A stretch of DNA of 64,000 nt from Alphaproteobacteria bacterium (GCA_965205265.1 CBDBGH010000003.1:2784001-2848000), one strand, 5' to 3'; shown: positions 53,657 to 63,376, numbered from the stretch's first letter. Translations and numbers: made by a program. Notes: generated from the letters alone by a model not told the origin.

Positions 53657-55572
53657 CCTGACTTCGACGGTTGGGCTGACTTCTGACCGATCTCGCGTCT
53701 GGAGTTTTCAGTAAAGCCAATGAGTTGGCAGTTGCGGTGCGGTCAAGCTGCGTTGTAGTGCCTAGTAAATCTTTGAGACTGTCAATGCCTCCGCCACGCG
53801 CTACACTCCCCCCATGTTCGTGCGCATCAAGACCTCCCCCAACAGCCCGCGACGCTCGGTCCAGATCGTCGAGGCCGTGCGCGACGGCGGCAAGGTCCGA
53901 CAGCGCATCGTCCGCCATGTCGGCGTGGCCATGGACGAGGACGAGCTCGAGCGCCTGAGGCAGCTCGGCGAGTACGTCAAGGCGAAGCTGGAGGACGAGC
54001 GTCAGCCGGCATTGTTTGCGCCCGAGAAGATCGCTGAGCAGGCGATCCGTGTCGGCCGCCGGGGGGACGGCAAGGAGGAACTCCCGGTCGACCTCAAGCA
54101 GCTTGAAGAGGAGCAGCGCCTGATCACAGGCATCCACGAGGTCTATGGCGAGATCTACCGGCTGCTGGGCCTCGACGCGCTGCTGCCGCGCTCGCGCTAC
54201 CGGGCCTCCCATGACGCGCTGTTCCATGTGGTGATGGCGCGGGTAGCCAACCCCGACAGCAAGCGGGGCAGCGTGCGCCGGCTCGAGGAGGACTTCGGCG
54301 TGAGTCTTCCGCTCGAGAAGGTCTACCGGATGATGGATCAGCTCGACGCGACGGTGATCGAGCGACTGCGCACGCGCGTCGGCGAGGCGAGCCGGTCGCT
54401 GCTGCCGGAGCCGGTCGCGATCCTCTTCTTCGATTGCACCACGCTCTACTTCGAGACGGCCGCCGAGGACGAGCTTCGCCAGCACGGCTTCAGCAAGGAC
54501 GGCAAACACAAGGACTCGCAGGTTCTGCTGGCGCTGATGGTGACGCGCGAAGGGCTGCCGATCAGCTACGAGGTCTTCCCCGGCGCCACCTACGAGGGAC
54601 ACAGCATGGTCCCGGTCCTGCAGGACATGCAGCGCCGCCACCAGGTGGAGCGCACGGTATGCGTGGCCGACCGGGGCATGCTGAGCGCCGACAACCTCGA
54701 CGCCATGGACGCCATCGGCGGCGAGTATGTCGTCGGCGCGCGGCTGCGCAAGCTGCCGCTCGCGCTGCTGGGGCAGGTTCTCGACCCCGGGACCTATGCC
54801 CCGCTGGAGGGCTCACAGGACCGCCGGGTCGGCGAGTGGGAGTACAAGGGCCGTCGCCTGATCGTCGTCTTCTGCCCCCAGCGCGCACGCAAGGACGCGC
54901 ACGAGCGCCGCCATCAGGTGGAACGCCTGCTCGACAGGCTGGCCCGCAGCGACAATCCCAGGGAACTGCTCTCCAATCACGGGGCGAAGCGCTTCATCGC
55001 CGTCGAGGGCGACGCACGGCTCACGGTGAACCCGGAGAAGATCGCCGAGGCCGCACGATGGGACGGGCTCACCGGCGTCATCACCAATCTGCGCGACGCG
55101 CGCGTCACCGAAGTGATGGCTCACTACCAGGGGCTCTGGCAGGTCGAGGAGAGCTTCCGGATCACCAAACACGACCTGAAGATACGTCCCATCTGGCACT
55201 GGAACCCGGACCGGATCCGCGCTCACATCGCCATCGCCTTCCTGGCCTTCGCCTGCGTTCGACACCTTGCGTACCGCGTCGCCATCCAGAAGCGGCGGAT
55301 GTCCCCGGAGGTCATCCGCTCCGCCCTCGTCCACCGCCAGTGCTCCCTGCTGCGCTGTCGGCAATCGGGCAACCGCTACGTCATCCCCTCGAAGCCGACA
55401 CCGGCGGCGGAGCAGATTTACGCAACCATGGGGCTGCCCCTGACGATCACCCCGTATCAACTCGCCTGACCGTCGACGAAGCACGGCTCGAAGAAATGCC
55501 GGATGTAGTGCCTAGCCGAAATGAGAACCAGGCAATATCAACTACTTATGCGAATCAACCGTCGAAGTCAGG
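53657..55572 (+). mobile_element. IS1634-family insertion sequence
   Basis: 17-bp perfect IR cctgacttcgacggttg / caaccgtcgaagtcagg. Confidence 0.92.
53814..55469 (+). CDS. IS1634-family transposase
   Basis: FFDCTTLYFE, GFSKDGK, VADRGM, YQGLWQVEESFRITK.DL.IRPIWH..RIRAHI. Confidence 0.93.
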   Translation: MFVRIKTSPNSPRRSVQIVEAVRDGGKVRQRIVRHVGVAMDEDELERLRQLGEYVKAKLEDERQPALFAPEKIAEQAIRVGRRGDGKEELPVDLKQLEEEQRLITGIHEVYGEIYRLLGLDALLPRSRYRASHDALFHVVMARVANPDSKRGSVRRLEEDFGVSLPLEKVYRMMDQLDATVIERLRTRVGEASRSLLPEPVAILFFDCTTLYFETAAEDELRQHGFSKDGKHKDSQVLLALMVTREGLPISYEVFPGATYEGHSMVPVLQDMQRRHQVERTVCVADRGMLSADNLDAMDAIGGEYVVGARLRKLPLALLGQVLDPGTYAPLEGSQDRRVGEWEYKGRRLIVVFCPQRARKDAHERRHQVERLLDRLARSDNPRELLSNHGAKRFIAVEGDARLTVNPEKIAEAARWDGLTGVITNLRDARVTEVMAHYQGLWQVEESFRITKHDLKIRPIWHWNPDRIRAHIAIAFLAFACVRHLAYRVAIQKRRMSPEVIRSALVHRQCSLLRCRQSGNRYVIPSKPTPAAEQIYATMGLPLTITPYQLA

Positions 55573-55742
55573 CGCCTTGCGCAGGAAGAAGGAGAGCCCG
55601 GCGTCGCCGTATTGGGCGAGGCCGGAACGGATGCCATCGGTCACGGGTGGAGCGCCTTTCGATCGTTCGGGGCGGAAGGGTTCGAGTTTGCGGCCCCGGG
55701 AGCGGAGGGCCAAGCCCGATGTGTCATGGAGTGTCATGTTTT
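55573..55742. repeat. 170-bp target duplication, right copy (5' stub of the dehydratase gene)
   Basis: Matches 53487-53656 by eye. Confidence 0.92.
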
Positions 55743-56480
55743 GTCATGGGGACCGGCGGGACACTGTGCGATATGTCATGCGATGTCATGATCTGCATGC
55801 GTGCAGAGCATATGCTGTGGCCCGTCCGGGCATGGGCGCGACTATTCCATTCGGTTCCCAGGGCAATCGCTTTTGAAGATTTGCGAGCAGGGCGCATGGG
55901 ATGGACCGAGGCCCGGCGTCCCCGCCTCCTTCCCATCCCTCTTCCCGTCATGCCCGGACTCGCTCCGGGCATCTCCCGCCGCTGCTTCCGCCGAACGGCC
56001 GCATGGATACCCGGAACGAGTCCGGGTATGACGGAGGGGGCGTTCGGACATGATGGAGGAGCCTGCCCTGAGCTTGTCGAAGGGGGCGTTCGGGCATGAC
56101 GGGGGTGTTCACGCATAGCAAATCCGAAAGCGATAGCCCTGATTCGGTTCCGGTGACTGTTTGTCTTCGGCATAGGTTGTTCCTTTCACTCCTGTTTCGT
56201 TCCGTTCGTCCCGCCGTTGGCCGGCCGGCGGCGGGACCCTAATTCGCGCGTATCCCGAGCGCGGGCGCCCGCGCCCGTGGGCGGGCGTATCGCGCCGGCG
56301 CGGTTCGCGCGCCTGATTGCCCGCATGTGCTTGCGCGCGCGAGCCAGGCGCAGGGCGCACCTTGCCTGTTGGCCGAATCGGGGGCTTTTTTCGCGCCGGC
56401 GCCGACGCGGAAGAGGAAGCGGCCTCCGGATGCTGCTTCCTTCCTTTCGTCCCATTATAGCACATTTTTCTAAAAAACAA
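55717..56480 (-). repeat. Composite repeated element, copy B
   Basis: Promoter-like TTGTTT-N15-TATAAT (56454-56480); leader shares 25 identical nt with copy A; REP cargo 55945-56100; GTCATG array 55723-55790. Confidence 0.7.
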
Positions 56481-56607
56481 GATCATAACTGGAATTTATT
56501 CGATATTCATGAACAAAGGTCATATTCGCTCTCGCGGCCGGGTGCGGCTTCCGCCAGGAGTCGGGGAGGCGTAGGCTCGTTCCCGGCGCGATTCGGAGAG
56601 GAAACCG

Positions 56608-57444
56608 ATGCCCGATACCCTGGCCGACCTGGTGAAGAAGCGTTACGGCCCCGAGACGCCCGGCGGCGCCGACCTGCCGGCGGAAGGCCCGCTCGCGGCG
56701 ATCCTCGACCGGCGCACCCACCGCCGCTATACGGACCGGCCGGTGCCGGAGGACATGCTGGACCTGCTGTTCGCCTGCGCCTTCTCCGCAAGCGCCAAGT
56801 CCGACCTCCAGCAGGCCTCGGTCGTGCGCATCGCCGACCCGGCGCTCCGGGCAGAGATCGCGGCGCTCATCCCGGGCATGCCCTGGATCGGCACGGCGCC
56901 GGTGTTCATGGTGTGGTGCGGCGACGGGCGGCGCATCAGGCGAATCTGCACGTTGCGCGGCAGGCCCTTCGCCAACGACCATCTGGACGCCGCCTTCAAC
57001 CCGACCGTCGATACCGCGCTCGCCATGCAGACCTTCATCCTGTCGGCGGAGGCGGCGGGCCTCGGCTGCTGCCCGATCAGCGTCGTGCGCAACCATGCCT
57101 TCCGGATCGGCGAGCTGCTGGGCCTGCCGGAATGGGTGTTCCCGGTCGCCGGGCTCTGCGTCGGCTGGCCGGCGGCACAGGGCTATATCTCCATGCGGGT
57201 GCCGCCCTCGGTCACGGTCCATACCGACCGCTATGACGACGACAGGCTGGCCGCCGGCATCGACGCCTATGACCGCCGGCGCGACGCGGTTTACAGCATT
57301 CCCCCGGACAAGCAGCGGGACCTCGACCTTTACGGCGAGGCTGCGTTCTACGGCTGGTCCGAGGACAAGGCCCGGCAGGTCTCGCATACCGAGCGCGAGG
57401 ATTTCGGCGCCTTCCTCCGGCAACAGGGCTACCGGCTGGATTGA
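56608..57444 (+). CDS. Nitroreductase, NfsA/Frp-like
   Basis: RRTHRRY, SASAKSDLQQ, VDTALAMQ..AEAAGLG.CPIS.VRN, FPVAGLCVGWP. Confidence 0.9.
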   Translation: MPDTLADLVKKRYGPETPGGADLPAEGPLAAILDRRTHRRYTDRPVPEDMLDLLFACAFSASAKSDLQQASVVRIADPALRAEIAALIPGMPWIGTAPVFMVWCGDGRRIRRICTLRGRPFANDHLDAAFNPTVDTALAMQTFILSAEAAGLGCCPISVVRNHAFRIGELLGLPEWVFPVAGLCVGWPAAQGYISMRVPPSVTVHTDRYDDDRLAAGIDAYDRRRDAVYSIPPDKQRDLDLYGEAAFYGWSEDKARQVSHTEREDFGAFLRQQGYRLD

Positions 57445-58694
57445 TGGCCCCTCGCGCCGCGGGCGGCATCGGGCGGGTCTTCGCCAACCGCAACTACCGC
57501 CTCTATTTCACCGGCAATGCGGTCTCGCTGATCGGCACCTGGATGCAGCGCACCGGCGTCGGCGCGCTTGCCTGGGAACTGACGGAATCGGCGTTTTTTC
57601 TCGGGCTGATCGCCACGGCGGAATTCCTGCCTTCGATCCTGCTGGGCCCCTTCGCCGGCGCGGTCGCGGACCGGCTGAACCGGCTTGGCATCATCGCCGC
57701 CATGCAGGGCCTGCTCTGCCTCCAGGCCTTCACCCTCGGCCTGCTGACCGTCACCGGCCTCACAACGCCGGAATCGCTTTTCCTGCTCACCCTGCTGCTC
57801 GGCACCGCGACGGCCATCGCGCAGCCCGCGCGCCTGTCGCTGGTGCCCTCGCTGGTGGGCCGCGACGACATCCCGTCGGCCGTGGCGGTCAACTCCATCG
57901 GCTGGAACAGCGCGCGTTTCATCGGCCCGACGCTCGCCGGGCCGCTGCTCCTGCATTTCGGGCCGGTAAGCGGCGCCGGCTGGGCCTTCCTTTGCAATAC
58001 GGCCACCTTTGCCGTCTTCCTCATCGTCCTGCCGATGCTGAGGCTCAGCCCCCGGTTGCAGGTGCGGCGCGAGCGCAGGAGCCTCTTTGCCGAGATCGGT
58101 GACGGCTTCCGCTATATCGGCCGCCATGCCGGCGTCGGCCCGCTGATCCTGCTCCTGCTGGCCGGGGCCCTGCTGGTCCGGCCCTATGTGGAACTGCTGC
58201 CCGCCTTTGCCGACGTGGTGTTCGAGCGCGGCGCGGAGGGCTTCTCCATGCTGATCGCGGTCAATGGCCTTGGCGCGCTTGCGGGCGGCCTCTGGCTTGC
58301 CTGGCGCGGCAACCGGCGGGGGCTTGCCCCCATCGTGTTCGCGGGCTCGGCGGTGCATGCGGCGATGGTGGCGCTGTTTTCGGTGCTCGGACATTTCGAA
58401 TTCGCGCTGGCGGCGCTGGCGGTGGCGGGGTTCGCCATGCTGGTCATGGGCGTCGGCGCGCAGAGCCTGATCCAGATGGGCACGCCGTCCGACATGCTGG
58501 GCCGGGTGCTGAGCGTTTACGGCCTCACCTTCCGCGCCGGCCCGGCGCTCGGCGCGCTCGCGATGGGCGCGCTCGCGGACAGCATCGGCCTCACCTGGCC
58601 GGTGCTCGGCGGCGCCTGCTTATGCCTCGCCGCCATCGTCCTGCTCGCCCGCCGCCTGAGGACCGTCCGCGCCGCCCTGGAGCCGGAGCGGTAG
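57441..58694 (+). CDS. MFS transporter
   Basis: SLIGTWMQ, GAVADRLNR motif A, about 12 TM helices. Confidence 0.9.
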   Translation: MMAPRAAGGIGRVFANRNYRLYFTGNAVSLIGTWMQRTGVGALAWELTESAFFLGLIATAEFLPSILLGPFAGAVADRLNRLGIIAAMQGLLCLQAFTLGLLTVTGLTTPESLFLLTLLLGTATAIAQPARLSLVPSLVGRDDIPSAVAVNSIGWNSARFIGPTLAGPLLLHFGPVSGAGWAFLCNTATFAVFLIVLPMLRLSPRLQVRRERRSLFAEIGDGFRYIGRHAGVGPLILLLLAGALLVRPYVELLPAFADVVFERGAEGFSMLIAVNGLGALAGGLWLAWRGNRRGLAPIVFAGSAVHAAMVALFSVLGHFEFALAALAVAGFAMLVMGVGAQSLIQMGTPSDMLGRVLSVYGLTFRAGPALGALAMGALADSIGLTWPVLGGACLCLAAIVLLARRLRTVRAALEPER

Positions 58695-58759
58695 GCGCTT
58701 GTCGAAGGCGCCGCCGGGAGCGATAATCCGAAGCTGGCGGCAAGTCGGGAGACGGTCCG

Positions 58760-58981
58760 ATGTACGTGATTGCCATTCTCGCGATAGCCGTTCTGCTGTT
58801 TGTCCTCGCTTCGCGGGATTACAAGAGGATGCAACGCGGCGAGCTGTATCTGGCGTCCGCCGGCCTTGTCGCTACCCACGACCACCTCATCCACAACAAC
58901 GCGTCCGAATCGTTTTTCGCAGGCCCGGCCTCCCACTCGGTCATGGACCATCACCATTTGGGCGATTCCGGCATCTATTAG
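58760..58981 (+). CDS. Small single-TM, His-rich hypothetical protein
   Basis: GGGAG RBS; N-terminal hydrophobic helix. Confidence 0.4.
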   Translation: MYVIAILAIAVLLFVLASRDYKRMQRGELYLASAGLVATHDHLIHNNASESFFAGPASHSVMDHHHLGDSGIY

Positions 58982-59003
58982 TACTAGCGTTCCGACCCCT
59001 TCT

Positions 59004-59113
59004 CGTCATGCCCGGACTTGTTCCGGGCATCCATGCGGCCGCTCGGCGGAGGCGGTTGAGAGAGATGCCCGGAACAAGTCCGGGCATGACGGAGGGAGCG
59101 TTCGGGCATGACG
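59004..59113. repeat. REP/BIME-like palindrome pair (uninterrupted)
   Basis: cgtcatgcccggacttgttccgggcatc...gatgcccggaacaagtccgggcatgacg. Confidence 0.85.
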
Positions 59114-59205
59114 AGAGAAGACGCAGCGCAACGACAACCGGGCCTTGCCGGGGGCGGGGCGATGGCGCACCATCGGCTGCGTTCCCGACGCGGATATACC
59201 CTCCC

Positions 59206-60405
59206 ATGGACCTCGACTACCGGCCCGACGCCCCCTGCGCGCTCGAAGGCGTGCGCATTCTCGACATTTCCCGGCTGGTCGCCGGCAATGCGATCTCCCA
59301 TGTGCTCGCCGACCACGGCGCGGAGGTCGTCAAGGTCGAGGACCCGGGCGAGGGCGACGCGCTCCGCCACTGGACCGCCGCCGGCGTCGCCTGCAACTGG
59401 AAGGTGTATGCGCGCAACAAGAAGAGCATCTCGCTGAACCTTCGCAGCGAGAAGGGCCGCGAAGTCCTGCTGGAACTCCTGCCCACGGCGCAGGTGCTGG
59501 TGGAGAACTTCAAGGCCGGCGCGCTGGAGCGGATGGGCCTCGGGCCCGACGTGCTGCTAGCGCGCAACCCGAAGCTGGTCGTCGCGCGGGTCAGCGGCTA
59601 CGGCCAGACAGGCCCCTACGCCCACAAGCCGGGCTTCGGCACGCTGGTTGAGGCGATGTCGGGCTTCGCCTACAAGAACGGCTTTCCCGACAAGCCGCCG
59701 GCCCTGCCGCCGCTCGCGCTCGCCGACAATGTCGCCGGGCTCTACGGCGCGTTCGGCGTCATGGTGGCGCTCCGGGAAGTCGAGCTGAAGGGCGGCGAAG
59801 GCCAGGTGATCGACCTTTCCCTGCTTGAGCCGCTGGTGTCCATCCTGGGCCCGGACGCCGCAATCCACAGCGCGACCGGCGAGGCCCCGGCCCGGCTCGG
59901 CAACGCCTCCAACACCACCTCGCCGCGCAATGCCTACCGGACGAAGGACGGCGAGTGGATCGCCATGAGCGGGTCCATGCAGTCCATGGCGATGCGCATT
60001 TTCCGCACCATCGGCCGCGCCGACATGTGCGACGACCCGCGCTACAACACCCAGGCCGCGCGTTCCGCCAACCGCGAGGAGGTGGACGCCATCGTCGGCG
60101 GTTTCATCGCGGAACGCACGCTGGCGGAAGCGATGGAGGTGTTCGAGCGCGAGGGCGTGACGGCGGGGCCGATCTATTCCGCCGGGCAGTTGAAGGAAGA
60201 CCGCCATGCGAAGGAGCGCGGCGTGATCGTCAACCTGCCGGACGACGAACTCGGCCGGCTGCCGATGCACAATGTCATCCCGCGCCTTTCGGGCACGCCG
60301 GGCGCCATCCGCACGCCCGCGCCCGAAATCGGCGCGCATAACGAGGAAATCCTGGGCGCTCTCGGCCTGGACCTCGACCGGCTCAAGGAGGAGGGCGCAT
60401 TATGA
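59206..60405 (+). CDS. CoA-transferase family III (CaiB/BaiF)
   Basis: LEGVRILD, GAEVVKVE, RNKKS, VENF, SGYGQTGPY, LADNVAG. Confidence 0.92.
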   Translation: MDLDYRPDAPCALEGVRILDISRLVAGNAISHVLADHGAEVVKVEDPGEGDALRHWTAAGVACNWKVYARNKKSISLNLRSEKGREVLLELLPTAQVLVENFKAGALERMGLGPDVLLARNPKLVVARVSGYGQTGPYAHKPGFGTLVEAMSGFAYKNGFPDKPPALPPLALADNVAGLYGAFGVMVALREVELKGGEGQVIDLSLLEPLVSILGPDAAIHSATGEAPARLGNASNTTSPRNAYRTKDGEWIAMSGSMQSMAMRIFRTIGRADMCDDPRYNTQAARSANREEVDAIVGGFIAERTLAEAMEVFEREGVTAGPIYSAGQLKEDRHAKERGVIVNLPDDELGRLPMHNVIPRLSGTPGAIRTPAPEIGAHNEEILGALGLDLDRLKEEGAL

Positions 60406-61286
60406 GCCTGCCCGTCTGGCGCTCGCTGCTGTTCATCCCGGCGACGGCGCAGAAATTCATCGAGAAGGGCCCCGGCGTCGGGGCCGACGGGCTGATCCTC
60501 GACCTGGAGGACTCGGTCGCGGCCAATGCCAAGGAGGCCGCCCGCGCCGCCGCGCCGGACATCGTGCGCGGCTTCGCCTCGCAGGGCATCGACACGCTGG
60601 TGCGCATCAACCGGCCCTGGCGGCTCGCGGTGCGCGACCTGGAGGCCGTCGTCATCCCGGAGCTCACCGGCCTGCTCTGCCCGATGGTGGACAGCGCCGC
60701 GCATGTGATCGCGCTGAGCCAGACGGTGGCCGAGCTGGAGACCGAGCGCGGCATCCCGGCGGGGCAGGTCAGGCTCTGCATCGCCGTCGAGACGGCGAAG
60801 GGCTATCTCAACCTCCGCGAGATCGCCCATGCCGACCCGCGCAGCGTCTCGCTGTCGCTCGGCTCGGAGGATTTCGGCCTCTCCATGGGCATGACCGCCG
60901 ACGAGGAGACGCTTTACGGCCTGAAGCAGCAGGTGGTCGCCTGCGCCAGGGAGGCCGGCATCCTGCCGATGGGCTTCGTCGGCTCCATCGCCGAGTTCCG
61001 CGACATAGAGGGTTTCCGGCGCATCGTCCGCCGGTCGAAGAAGATGGGCCTCCAGGGCGCGTCCTGCATCCACCCGAACCAGGTGCGGATCTGCAATGAG
61101 GAGTTCGGCCCGACCGGGGCGGAGGTCGATGAGGCCCGGCGCGTGATAGAGGCCTATGACGAGGCGCTGGCGCGCGGCGAGGGCGCCATCACCGTGGACG
61201 GCAAGATGGTGGACGTGCCGGTCGCCGAGCGCGCCAAGGCCGTGCTCCGCATCGCCGACGCAATCGCGGCCCGGCAGGCCCGCTGA
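60402..61286 (+). CDS. CitE/HpcH-family acyl-CoA lyase
   Basis: RSLLFIP, LDLEDSV, VRIN, ETAKG, GSEDF, CIHPNQV, GKMVDVPV. Confidence 0.9.
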   Translation: MSLPVWRSLLFIPATAQKFIEKGPGVGADGLILDLEDSVAANAKEAARAAAPDIVRGFASQGIDTLVRINRPWRLAVRDLEAVVIPELTGLLCPMVDSAAHVIALSQTVAELETERGIPAGQVRLCIAVETAKGYLNLREIAHADPRSVSLSLGSEDFGLSMGMTADEETLYGLKQQVVACAREAGILPMGFVGSIAEFRDIEGFRRIVRRSKKMGLQGASCIHPNQVRICNEEFGPTGAEVDEARRVIEAYDEALARGEGAITVDGKMVDVPVAERAKAVLRIADAIAARQAR

Positions 61287-61298
61287 CGGTTCCCCCGT

Positions 61299-62627
61299 TC
61301 AGACTCCTGCCGCGAAGAGGGCGAGGCCGGCGAGCGCGGCCATGGCAAGGGTGCGGAATGCGCCCTGACGCAGCATGAAGAGCGCGGCGGCGGCGAGCGC
61401 GGCGAGCGCGAGCGCCTTCAGGTCGAGGCTCGCCGGGTCCGGCAGATAGACCGAGACCGGGCCCGCCTCGGCCCGCGCGCCTGCCGCGAACAGCACGTTG
61501 AGCGCGAACCAGGCCGAGAGGTTGGCGATCACGCCCACAACGGCGGCCGTCACGCCCGCCAGCGCAGCCTGCAGGCCGGGCCGGCCCCTGAGGCGCTCGA
61601 CATGCGGGGCGCCGGCGAAGATGAACAGGAAGCAGGGCGCGAATGTGACCCAGAGCGTCAGCCCTGCGCCCAGCAGCCCCGCAACCAGCGGGTCGAGCCC
61701 GCCGGCCTCGCGCCATGCCGCGAGGAAGCCGACGAATTCCACCACCAGGATGAGCGGCCCCGGCGTCGTCTCCGCGAGCCCGAGCGCATCCAGCATCTCG
61801 CCGGGCGCCAGCCAGCCCCTTGCGGCCACGGCCTCCTGCGCCACCCAGGAGAGCACCGCATAGGCCCCGCCGAAGGTCAGCACCGCCATCTTGGAGAAGA
61901 AGACGGCGATGCCGGAGAACACATGCCCGCCGCCGAGCCAGGCCAGCAGGACCGCCGTCGGCAGCAGCCAGGCCGCGAGCAGGACGAGCGCCACCCTGCC
62001 GGTTCCGGACCGCCTGCCGGCTGGGCCGGGGGGACCGGCCGGCGCCTCCGCCGCCCCAGTCCCGCTTCCGCCGCCGAAGAACGCCCGCGCGCCGCCCAGC
62101 AGCGCCGCCGCGGCGATGACGGCCGGGAAGGGCGCATCGAACAGGAAGAGCGCCGCGAACGCTCCGCAGGCGAGCGCCCAGGCGAAGCCGTCCTTCAGCG
62201 CCCGCGCGCCGATCCTGAGCAGCGCCTCGACGACCAGCGCCAGCACCGCCGCCTTCACGCCGAGAAAGGCCGCCTCGACCGCCGGCAGCCGGCCGTAAAG
62301 CGCATAGACGGCGGCGAGCGCGGCGATGACGACCGCGCCGGGCAGGATGAACAGCAGCCCCGCCGCCAGGCCCCCGCGCATGCCGTGCAGCAGCCAGCCG
62401 GTATAGGTGGCGAGCTGCTGCGCTTCGGGGCCCGGCAGCAGCATGCAGAAATTGAGCGCATGCAGGAAACGCGGCTCGTCGAGCCAGCGCTTCTCCTCCA
62501 CCGCGACGCGGTGCATGAGGGCGATCTGCGCCGCCGGCCCGCCGAAACTGGCGAACCCGATCCGCGTCCAGGCGGCCAGCGCCTCCCGGAACGGAACCGG
62601 CGCGTCCGGCGGCGTCTCCGCGCTCAG
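61299..62627 (-). CDS. chrA: Chromate/oxyanion transporter, CHR family (long chain)
   Basis: SFGGPAAQIALMH, LPGPEAQQ, TFGGAYAV, ETTPGP; conserved N-terminus extends 37 codons upstream of ATG 62516 to a CTG overlapping the upstream stop. Confidence 0.88.
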   Translation of the reverse strand: MSAETPPDAPVPFREALAAWTRIGFASFGGPAAQIALMHRVAVEEKRWLDEPRFLHALNFCMLLPGPEAQQLATYTGWLLHGMRGGLAAGLLFILPGAVVIAALAAVYALYGRLPAVEAAFLGVKAAVLALVVEALLRIGARALKDGFAWALACGAFAALFLFDAPFPAVIAAAALLGGARAFFGGGSGTGAAEAPAGPPGPAGRRSGTGRVALVLLAAWLLPTAVLLAWLGGGHVFSGIAVFFSKMAVLTFGGAYAVLSWVAQEAVAARGWLAPGEMLDALGLAETTPGPLILVVEFVGFLAAWREAGGLDPLVAGLLGAGLTLWVTFAPCFLFIFAGAPHVERLRGRPGLQAALAGVTAAVVGVIANLSAWFALNVLFAAGARAEAGPVSVYLPDPASLDLKALALAALAAAALFMLRQGAFRTLAMAALAGLALFAAGV

Positions 62628-63376
62628 CCGTCCCAGACCTGTTCGGGAAGCGGCAGGCCGCGGAAGTCCTGGGCCCCGAGCGGGCCGTCCGTCTCGATGC
62701 CGAGCATCTCGTGGATCAGCATCAGCTGGCGGACATGCTGGGCCGGATGCCAGGTGGTGCGCTCGAACACCTCATGCAGCGGTTGCGCGCCGTAATAGGT
62801 GTCCACCGGGTCCGGCTTGCGTCCCGACTCCCACCAGCGGGCGACCCGCGCGCGCACATCTTCGCCATAAGCCACGATGTCCGCCACGGTCTGCATGTCG
62901 TCCGGCGGCGGCGCGGTCAGCGCCTCGTAGTTCACCGGTTCGCCGCGCTCCATCGCCGAGATCGTCGCGTCGGCGATGTTGAAGATGTGGTGGAACAGCA
63001 CCCGGTAGGCGCGGTCGCGGCCGGGCAGCTTGTCGCCGAGCCGGTCGTCCGGCACCTGGGCCACATAGCGCGCGGCGGCCGCCAGCACCATGTCGAGCTT
63101 CGCCGCCAGCTCCGGCATGGTGAGCTCCGGCCCCACATCCTCGTCGAGGCCGAGAAACGCCACCACGTCCGAGATCGCCTGCGCGAAGACGAAATCCCTG
63201 CCGCGCGAGACGACGGGGATCGACCGAGCGCCGAGCTCGCGCAACAGGTCCATGCCCGTCGGATGGGTCGTCACGTCGATACTGTCGAACTCGATCCCAC
63301 GGACCGAGAGGAACTCCTTGGTTCTCAGGCAGCTGGTTCAGCCGGGCCGCCAGAAAACCCTGATCGCCTCGCTCAT
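62624..63376 (-). CDS. Glutaredoxin-like (UxxC) plus DinB-like fusion, selenocysteine-containing (U13)
   Basis: GGGGAGG RBS; MSEAIRVFWRPG-TGA(63338-40)-TSCLRTKEFL..GIEFDSIDV..GARSIPVV in frame with the 62624 ORF; DinB-like LFHH...WHPAQHVRQL. Confidence 0.85.

Noticed and set aside
51855-54641. 928-aa dehydratase fusion
   Set aside because: The N-terminal part is antisense IS1634 sequence; the real gene starts near 53558
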